Below are positions 55,252 to 64,000 of a stretch of 64,000 nt of DNA, in pieces; the first letter of the stretch is position 1; each line of letters begins with the position of its first letter. The DNA is taken from the NCBI GenBank assembly GCA_963814975.1, contig CAWFFB010000021.1, positions 51,891 through 115,890 of the forward strand, given 5' to 3'. A program made the position numbers and the translations under genes. Origin of the DNA: an uncultured Acidobacteriota bacterium (GTDB lineage Bacteria; Acidobacteriota; Vicinamibacteria; Vicinamibacterales; CAVVIG01). The notes beneath the pieces were generated by a model. The model was not told where the DNA came from. It worked only from the letters and a program-made list of their open reading frames with translations, and did not search any database.

Positions 55252-58174
55252 TTGAAACGAACCAGTTCCTTTTCGCTGACGGGCCAACAATCCGGTGTCA
55301 TGCTCACGGCCCTCATCGCGCTGCTGTTCCTGCACGCACCTTCGGCTCTGGCCCAATCCTACTCGGTCACCTGGACGAAACAGATTCCTCCAGACGCCGG
55401 TGCCTCGCATTGAAGACGTGCTGGTGCACGACAGCGTCTCGAACCGCGCGATCATGTTCGGAGGCTACGATCTCAACTGGAACCGGACGAACGACATCTG
55501 GGAGTACAGACGGCGCCGCGGGAACATGGCTCGACGTCACCCCGCCCACTGGCGCATTGCCGCCCCGCCGGTCAGGCCATGCAATGGCATTCGATCCAGT
55601 CCGCAGAGTGGTCATCATGTTCGGCGGCCTCGACGACAACGAGGTGTATCTCAACGACACGTGGGAGTGGAACACGGTCAGCAAGACGTGGACGAACGTC
55701 ACGCCTGCGGGGCAGTCGGTCCTACTGTCGGGGCGCCGGGGTGCACGAATGGTCAAGGATGTGCTGAACGACCGGATGGTCCTCGTCGGGGGCCTTGACG
55801 GAAACCATTTCTTTCCGTACAGCGATCCGGCGGACACATCACAGGACCAGTTCGGAACATGGGCGTGGAACCTGAACACTCGCGTGTGGACACAGGTGCC
55901 CGCCACGTCATCACCGGCCAAGTCATTTGCTGGACGCGCCTTCCATGGCGCCGCCTACAACAGCTCCAACGGTAGGGTCACGGTGTTCGGAGGCGTCGGC
56001 TTTGCCCCAGTCAACGGCCAGCCCGTGCCACCGGTGATCGACTTCAACGACCTCTGGGAACTGAATGGAAACTCATGGGTGAAGGTCACGCCGGCCGGCG
56101 GGAGTCCACCAGGAAGAGGCTGGACGCAGCTCGTTTACGACACAGTGAACACCCGGATGGTGATGTTTGGCGGCTACAGGCTGGAAGCGCCCCAGGTATC
56201 TTACGGCGACACGTGGGCGTTTGATAACGGAACGTGGTCTGAAATCGGTACCGCAGAGCTCTGGTCCCGGTATTCGTGACAGCCACGGGATGGTTTACGA
56301 CACGGGGCGCAACAGAGTCGTCGTCTTCGGTGGGTATCTGGCAGACGTCATCGAGTTGAGTGGGAACGGCCCGTGGATCACGGTGCCCGGGCGGAGGGAT
56401 TGGCCGCCCGGCCAGGACCAGCATGCGATGGCGTACGACACGACTCGCAACAAGGTCTACATGTACGGCGGCGGGAGCCTGGAAGGCTGGGAGTTGACCG
56501 TCCCAACTTCCACGTGGGGATGGTATTACCGCCCGGGACCGAATGGGCGAACCGGCGCTGCCCTCGTCTACGATCGAGCGCGACAACGGATCCTCCTGTT
56601 CGGAGGACGTCAGCGGGCGAGTGATGTGGTCGGCAGCAAACTCGGCGACACGTGGCTGTAGAACGGGGCGCCAGCGGCGCTCACGTGGACGAACGTGTCG
56701 CCCGCGACATCGCCCCAGGCCCGCGACGATCACGCCATGGCGTACCACGCCGCCAAGCGCCCAGACCATTCTGTTCGGCGGACGCGCCGCGAACGGCACA
56801 CCGCTCGGCGACACCTGGGTATGGAACGGGGCCGCGTGGAGCAGCCGCCGCCGGTGGACCATCGCCGCGGTTCGGCCATGCGATGGCCTACGATGCGGCG
56901 CGCGGCGTGATCGTGCTTTTTGGCGGCGAGAATGCGGGCGGCAGAAGCTCAACGACGTCTGGGAATGGAATGGCGCCTGGCAGCAGAAATTCCCCGCCGT
57001 CTCTCCGCCGGCTCGCGCCTATGCCGCGCTCTCCTCCCTCGACGTCGCCACACCCGGAGTCGCAATGTTCGGCGGGCTCGGCGCCGCCGCGCAGCTCAAC
57101 GACACCTGGATCTGGAACGGAACGACGTGGAAACAGGCGAGCCACCCTGGAGGCCGCACCGACGCCGCGCCAGCATGCGGCCATGGTCTACGACAGCGCG
57201 TCACGCAAGTTGGTGCTGTACGGCGGCGCGCGATTCGCGGGGCATCTCGACGGAACTGTGGACCTCTACCGTCGCGATCACCACCACGCCGCCGAGCTCC
57301 CGCACCGGCGACTTCGACGGCGACGGGAAGTTCGGACGTGACGGTGTATCGGCCGTCGAACGGCGCCTGGTACGTTCTGCAGTCGAGCACGAACTTCTCG
57401 GACTTCTTCTTCAAGATCTTTGGACAGTCCGGCGACATCCCGGTGCCGGCCGACTACGACGGCGATGGCACGACAGACATCGCGGTGTATCGCCCGTCCA
57501 ATGGCGCCTGGTACATCCTGCAGTCGAGCACGAACTTCACGGCGCTCCGTCTTCAACATCTGGGGCGTCAGCCCGGCGACGTGCCGGTGCCGGGCGACTA
57601 CGACGGCGACGGGAAGACCGATATGGCGGTGTATCGCCCGTCAAACGGCGCCTGGTACATCCTGCAATCGAGCACGAACTTCACCGGGTTCGTCTACTAC
57701 ATCTGGGGCCAGCCCGGCGACGTGCCGGTGCCGGGCGACTTCGACGGCGACGGGAAGGCCGACGTGGTGGTCTATCGGCCCTCGAATGGCGCCTGGTACA
57801 TCCTGCAGTCGAGCACGAACTTCACCGGGTTCGTCTACTACATCTGGGGCGGACAGGCAGGTGACAATCCGGTACACGGGCGACTTCGACGGCGACGGCA
57901 AAGCCGACGTGGTGGTGTATCGCCCGTCGAACGGCGCCTGGTACATCCTGAAATCCAGCACGAACTTCACCGGGTCCGTCTTCTATCTTCACGGGCCAGA
58001 ACGGCGACATCCCCGCGCCGGGCGATTTCGATGGTGACGGCAAGACCGATGTGGTGGTCTATCGGCCCTCGAACGGGGCTTGGTACATCCTGCAGTCGAG
58101 CACGAATTTCACCGGGTCCGTCTTCTACATCTGGGGGCAGAACGGCGACATCCCCGGTACTCAAGCGTCCGTAG
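55252..58174 (+). CDS. Secreted kelch-like repeat protein with six C-terminal FG-GAP-like repeats (many frameshifts)
   Basis: Signal peptide [19 protein letters not shown], about a dozen MAYD..R..V.LFGG....DTW.W repeats, then six GD(Y/F)[18 protein letters not shown] repeats; ends PVLKRP*. Confidence 0.8.
57307..58160 (+). repeat. Six coding tandem repeats of about 141 nt (FG-GAP-like)
   Basis: Units start near 57307, 57449, 57593, 57733, 57879 and 58021. Confidence 0.9.
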
Positions 58175-58462
58175 TCGGCGGCGGGATCGGTTCCTTTCCT
58201 CGCCTCCTGGTCGCATGAGCACGGCCAGGAGCTCGGCCATCGCAGCGCTCCGGCTGAGCCGGTCAGCTTTGCAACGATTTCGAAAACCGATGCAGGAATT
58301 ACTGCAGGTGTCGAATGCCATACAGCACTGAACGTCGTGCGCGCCGTTTCGGCAGGAAAGTTCCGCGCAGCCCTGTTAGTTCGAAGGAACGGATCTTGCC
58401 TTGGCGCGGCAACAATAGTGCGCGCGAAAACGTCCGCCGCCTCATCGGGACTGCGCAGAATC

Positions 58463-60728
58463 ATGCGCGTCGCACGGCCCACAGCGCGGGCGGTGTCGGC
58501 TTGTGGTTGCCGCCGTGCTCATCATGTTGTGCGGCTCTGTGGAGCCTGGACGCGCGGCGACCGGGCTTCCTCCGGGGTTTCAGGACGTGCCGGTCGTGAG
58601 CGGGCTCTCGGGTCCAACGGCGATGGAGTTTTCGCCGGACGGCCGGCTCTTCGTCACGCAGCAGGGCGGGCAGGTACGCGTCATCAAGAACGGCGTGCTG
58701 CTCGCGACGCCGTTCCTCACGCTGACCGTGAATGCAGTCGGCGAACGCGGATTGCTCGGCATCACGTTCGACCCCAATTTCGCCACGCAATCAATTCGTG
58801 TACGTCTACTACACGGCCACGACGCCGGCCGTTCACAATCGAATCAGCCGCTTCAAGGCACTTGGGGACGTCAAGGACCCGTCAGTCGGCGAAGTCGTCT
58901 TGCTCGATTTCGAGAACCTGGGCGCGACGAACCACAACGGCGGCGCGCTGCACTTCGGTCCGGACGGAAAGCTCTACGCCGCGCACGGCGAGAATGCCGT
59001 CGCTGCCAACTCGCAGAGCTCTGAACAACCTTCTCGGCAAGATCATCCGCATGAACCCTGTGGCCGGATCCGGACGCCAGATCCCGACGGACAATCCGTT
59101 CTTCGGCGACCGGGCGTCTCGGGAAGAATCGATTGATCTGGGCTATGGGGCTTGCGCAACCCATTCACGTTCAGCTTTCAGCCAGGCACGGGCCTGGCTT
59201 TCGTGAACGACGTTGGAGCAGTCAACGTGGGAGGAGATCAACGACGCGAGCGCGGGTCACAATTTCGGATGGCCGATAACCGAAGGACCGTTCATCCGGC
59301 AATTTCCGACACTTCACAAATCCCTTGTACAGCCTACCAGCACAGCGCGGGTACGCCGACGGGCTGCGCCATCACAGGGGGAGCGTTTTACAACCCCCCC
59401 ACCCCGATGTTTCCGGCGTCATATATCGGCAAATATTTCTTCGCCGACGTCTGCTCGGGCTGGATCTACTACATCGATCCGAGCAGCCCGGCCACGGCGA
59501 CCCAGTTTGCCGCACGATATCTCCGGTCCCGTTGATCTGAAGGTGGGGCCGGACGGCGCGCTGTACTACCTTGCGCGCAATGCCGGCAGCGTGGGCAAGA
59601 TCGTCATGCCCGAGCGCTCCGCAGATCACGCAACAGCCGGCAAGTCGTACCGTGCCGGTTGGCGGCACCGCGACGTTCACGGTGAGCGCAACCGGCGCCG
59701 ACGCCGCTCTCGTATCAGTGGCAGAAGAACGGCGTGAACATTCCGGGAGCCACGTCGGCGTCGTACACCACGCCTCCTGCCACCATGGCCGACCACAACA
59801 GCACCTATCGATGCCGCGTGACGAATTCGGCGGGAACGGCCACGAGCAACTCGGCGACGCTCACGGTCTCGCGCGATTTCGACGGCGACGGGAAGGCCGA
59901 CATCCGGTGTACCGCCCCTCGAACGGCACCTGGTACATCCTGCAGTCGAGCACGAACTTCACCGCGTGGAGCGTCTATCAGTGGGGCGATCAGCGGCGAC
60001 GTCCCGTGCCGGGCGACTACGACGGCGACGGCAGGACCGACGTCGCGGTGTATCGCCCGTCGAACGGCACCTGGTTCATCCTGAAGTCGAGCACGAACTT
60101 CACGCGTGGAGCGTCTACCAGTGGGGCATCAGCGGCGACATCCCCGTGCCGGGCGACTACGACGGCGACGGCAGGACCGACGTCGCGGTGTATCGCCCCT
60201 CGACGGGCACCTGGTACATCCTGAAGTCGAGCACGAACTTCACGACGTGGAACGTCTATCAGTGGGGCATCAGCGGGGACGTCCCCGTGCCGGGCGACTA
60301 CGACGGCGACGGCAGGACCGACGTCGCGGTGTATCGCCCGTCCGACGGCACCTGGTTCATCCTGAAGTCGAGCACGAACTTCACCACGTGGATCGTCTAT
60401 CAGTGGGGCATCAGCGGGGACATCCCCGTGCCGGGCGACTACGACGGCGACGGCAAGGCCGACGTCGCGGTGTATCGCCCGTCCAACGGCACCTGGTTCA
60501 TCCTGAAGTCGAGCACGAACTTCACGACGTGGAGCGTCTATCAGTGGGGCATCGAGCGGGGACATCCCGGTCGCCGGGCGACTACGACGGCGACGGCAAG
60601 ACCGACGTGCGGTGTATCGCCCGTCCAACGGCACCTGGTACATCCTGAAGTCGAGCACGAACTTCACGACGTGGATCGTCTATCAGTGGGGCACGCGCGG
60701 CGACATCCCGGTGCTCAAGCGTCCTTGA
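58463..60728 (+). CDS. Secreted PQQ-dependent sugar dehydrogenase (GSDH) + Ig-like domain + six FG-GAP-like repeats (many frameshifts)
   Basis: [62 protein letters not shown]; PQITQQP...YQWQKNG...[10 protein letters not shown]; ends PVLKRP*. Confidence 0.85.
59872..60715 (+). repeat. Six coding tandem repeats of about 141 nt (FG-GAP-like)
   Basis: Units start near 59872, 60012, 60152, 60293, 60434 and 60577 and are nearly identical at DNA level. Confidence 0.92.
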
Positions 60729-60731
60729 GCG

Positions 60732-61942
60732 CTATTGACCGATGACTACGGCAAGATCGAGAAGCGGGAACTCCCACACAACCACCTTGGGGAAGGTTGT
60801 CAAGTGTCTTCTCCGCATGAAATCCGTTGCAATGGCATCGCGCTCATCAAGAAATCGCCGAAACGCGTAGAACGAACCGAGCCCGGCAAATGGGCGATTC
60901 TGAAATTCACAATCCTCGAGCAGCCCGCCAATCACCCACGTGAACCCAACGGGTTGGCGAACCAGCCACGTGTATTGGCCCGTATAACTCGTGCCGGCGA
61001 CGACGAGCAGTGATTTGGGTTCCGTCGCGTAGATGTAGCCCTTGCCTTGCTCTCCGTTGACCAATCGATCTGGAAGCTGTACGCCGGCCGCAGGCGGCTC
61101 AGCCATTGTGGATGCGCATCGAAAGCCGCGGCCAGATCACCAACGCGCTCGACTTCCAGATACGTCGGCACGCGCAACTTGAGCGGGATGTTGGCCGCGT
61201 GTGACACACGTCTCGGCTGTCGCTTGCGCAGCCAGCTCGATGCCGAGACCGGACCAATGGCTTTCCCCCGGTCCATAGAGCAGATCCCTTCGATGGGCAG
61301 CCAGATGCCTCCGATAGACCGCGCGAAGATCGACATGGAAGACACTGTCCTGGTCGAAGTGCTGGAACAGCGCATCAACGATCTTCATCGGACCTGTCCT
61401 CCAGGATCGGGTCTCGAGACAGACAGATCTTTGTCGAGGATTGGCCACTGGCCAAGGTCCCGGTGGATCGACAGTTTCGTCGGCACTGGCACAACGACAA
61501 GAGTCCAGCCTTCCGATTTCAACAGCGCCGCATATTTCCTGACAGCGCTGGCAGCCTCATCCACAAGTTGACGGTTTCCGCCAGAGTTGATGCCTTCGGA
61601 GACCCACAGTTCGCTTTGAGGGAAGAGCATCAGGGGCTGAAGGCCGCCCCACACGACCCGTCAGTGTCTGGCCGCTGGCGATGCGGAGGCTGTTCCCGAG
61701 TTGCCGCGCGAGGCTCACGGCCGGAAGTCGATTGAGCGACGACTCGACGGCCGCAAGATCGAGCCTGGGAATGCCTGCCGGAAAGACGTGTCTGGTTACC
61801 CGATTATTCTCGCGGACGATCCTGAAGACGGGCATGCGGGTGACATCGGTCCCATGTCGATCGGCGCGCCAGTTGGTGCCCAGTCCAGCAATGGGACCAG
61901 GGCGTAGAGACCGGCGACCACCATCGAGCCGAGGCGCGACAT
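60732..61942 (-). CDS. AlgJ/AlgX-like SGNH acetyltransferase (frameshifts)
   Basis: [17 protein letters not shown] (cf. DTHW), [16 protein letters not shown]; its start overlaps the MBOAT stop. Confidence 0.7.
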
Positions 61943-63371
61943 CAGAACTGGAAGTACAGAAACGGGATGGCTGCGCTGCTCAACGCGACCGGGATCGCGA
62001 CGGCAAACAAGGCGAAGACCATCACCTGAATCGCCAATGGGAAGTCGCGACTGGCCAATGGGCTCTCCGTGACCAGCCGACGTTCTCCCCAGACGAAAAA
62101 CGCCAGACCGAAGAGGGTGAGTCCTGCCGCGAACGTTTGTTTCTGCAGGAGGAGCGGATTGAATGCTGGCGCGAAACCATGTGTTCCGACCATCCCCGCT
62201 AGTATGGCCTGAGCTTGTGGCAGGTTGGCACTTCGAAAAAGCACCCAGCCGATGACGACCAGGCCGAATGTTGCCGCATGGCGGATGGCGCTGGGTACAC
62301 GAGCAAGACGGTCCTCCCCGATCGCCCGCTCGAGGGCCAGGGCGACGCCGTGGTAAAGGCCCCAGAGGAGAAACGTGATGTTCGCGCCGTGCCACAACCC
62401 ACCCAGCGTCATCGTCAGCAGCAGACTGCCGTACGTCCGTAACGCGCCGTGACGATTTCCTCCGATGCCAATGTAAAGGTAGTCCCGGAGCCAGGATGAG
62501 AGCGTGATGTGCCACCGCCGCCAGAATCGTGAAAGGCTCACCGCCTTGTACGGTGAGCGAAAATTGTCGTGGAACTCAAACCCAAGACACACTCCCAGGC
62601 CCGTGGCCATGATGGAGTAGGACCAGAAATCGAAATAGAGCTGGAAGGTATAGGCCAGGACGCCGAGCCAGGCCTGGACAAAGTCGGGCTGGGAGACGGT
62701 AAAGCCGTAGGGCACGAAGACAGCGAATTGATCGGCAAACAGGCACTTCATGCAGAACCCGGTGGCGAACAGCGTGAGGCCGCGGGCCACTTGCATTCCC
62801 GGCCAGTTGCGCAACTGGTTCTCCAGGTCCGCGTAGCGGACAATCGGGCCCGCGATGAAACGCGGAAACATGGCGATGAAACAGAGGAAGTCGAAGGGGG
62901 ATTGCGCGGCGGACGAAATTTTCGCCGGTAAATGTCGAAGCAGTAGCTGATGGCTTCGAAAACGTAAAAGGAGATGCCTGGGGGCAGCCGATGTGACCGT
63001 TGCTGCCAAACCAGGGCACCATCCAGCGGCGCGCTCCTTCAAGCGCCGGCAGGAACGCAACCGCCCAGTCGAGGTATTTGAAGGCGGCCAGAAACAGCAG
63101 GCAGTGTGCCAGGGCCGCCGCCAACCAAAGGCGCTGTCCTCTTCCATTCGCCGTTCGAGCGATTAGCCAGCCGTACCCATACGCCCCTCCGACGATCACG
63201 AGAAAAACGAGAGTCCACAGCCAATTCTGATACGCATAGAACACCAGGGTGGAGCAGATAATCACCACCTTGGCGCTCTCTCGCAGTTGGCCGCCAACAC
63301 TGGCGACGCGCAGCAGGACAGAGTACCGCCGGCAAGAAATAAAATAGGAAGAGCGGATCGGTGAAGAGCAC
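61942..63371 (-). CDS. MBOAT O-acyltransferase (AlgI/DltB family; frameshifts near the 5' end)
   Basis: [77 protein letters not shown]. Confidence 0.93.
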
Positions 63372-63380
63372 GCCTACTTC

Positions 63381-64000
63381 CTACCGGGGGACGAGCGCCC
63401 GATAGACGTCGAGCATCTGCGCCGCGGTTCGACGCCATGTGAAGAGGGCGGCGCGCGCGAGACCAGCCCGGCGCATCGCCACCGCGCGCGGCTCGGACAT
63501 CATCACTTCTACAAGCGCGTCGTACCAGCCGCGAACGTCATGTGGATCGGCGAGCAAGCCGGCCTCTCCAACAACCTCAGGGATCGAAGCTGCGGTCGAG
63601 GCAACCACCGGGACGCCGCACGCCATCGCCTCGAGCACGGGCAGACCGAATCCCTCATACAGCGACGGGTAGACGAAGACGTGCGCCTGTTGCATGAGCG
63701 TCACGAAGGCCGGTCGTCGCCCCCGGGCACGAACCGGATCCCGTCAGTGACCCCGAGCCTTCAGCCTGCTCGACGATCGATCCTCCGGCGCCGCGGTCCA
63801 GCCCCGCCAGCACGAGCTCGGTGCCTTTCAGCACATCGTCGCGCGCCCGCAGCAGGGCGAGCGCTTCGACGAGGACGCCGATGTTCCGCCTGGTGTGGAG
63901 ATCGCCAACGTGCAGGATCGTTGGCGCACGGTCGACCGCGCCCTGTGCGCAGCGTCAGGTTCCGGCGCGAACGGTGCTCCGACGCCAAGGGGGATGACGC
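63381..64000 (-). CDS. GT4 glycosyltransferase (5' end outside the window; frameshifts)
   Basis: [38 protein letters not shown]. Confidence 0.88.

Noticed and set aside
57307-60715. CRISPR array or DGR template/variable repeats
   Set aside because: The units are in-frame protein repeats. Differences are not adenine-specific and no reverse transcriptase is present.

Overview
High-GC bacterial DNA, most likely Acidobacteriota (Vicinamibacteria-like); this is inferred from gene content and repeat families. Bases 1-16 kb are housekeeping genes: PAP2, PCuAC-like, mscL, pirin/HxlR, PBP1A, holB, PSP1/RicT, pdxA, smpB, DegT, rfbD and an FAD oxidoreductase. Their intergenic spaces carry heptamer and nonamer inverted-repeat arrays and GTAG-type REP-like palindromes, and some of these repeats have entered coding sequence. 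Bases 16-64 kb form a large cell-surface glycan region with many GT2, GT4 and GT-C-like glycosyltransferases, methyltransferases, gmd, fcl, rfbC, a nucleotide-sugar dehydrogenase, an O-antigen-ligase-like protein and an MBOAT/SGNH acetylation pair. It also holds an IS1182-family element and two secreted proteins ending in six FG-GAP-like repeats. The main finding is a coupled minus-strand cassette at about 34.7-42.8 kb. Its enzyme families match, almost gene for gene, the GDP-octose/lincosamide branch of lincomycin biosynthesis (LmbM, L, Z, P, O, N, K, R). An SDR stands where the aminotransferase would be and a polyprenyl-phosphate glycosyltransferase lies upstream, suggesting an eight-carbon sugar destined for surface glycans. 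The phosphatase gene of this cassette looks internally deleted. Many genes, especially beyond about 36 kb, carry single-base frameshifts that are probably read or assembly errors, so their coordinates are approximate. All family assignments come from motif recognition by eye; no database searches were run.
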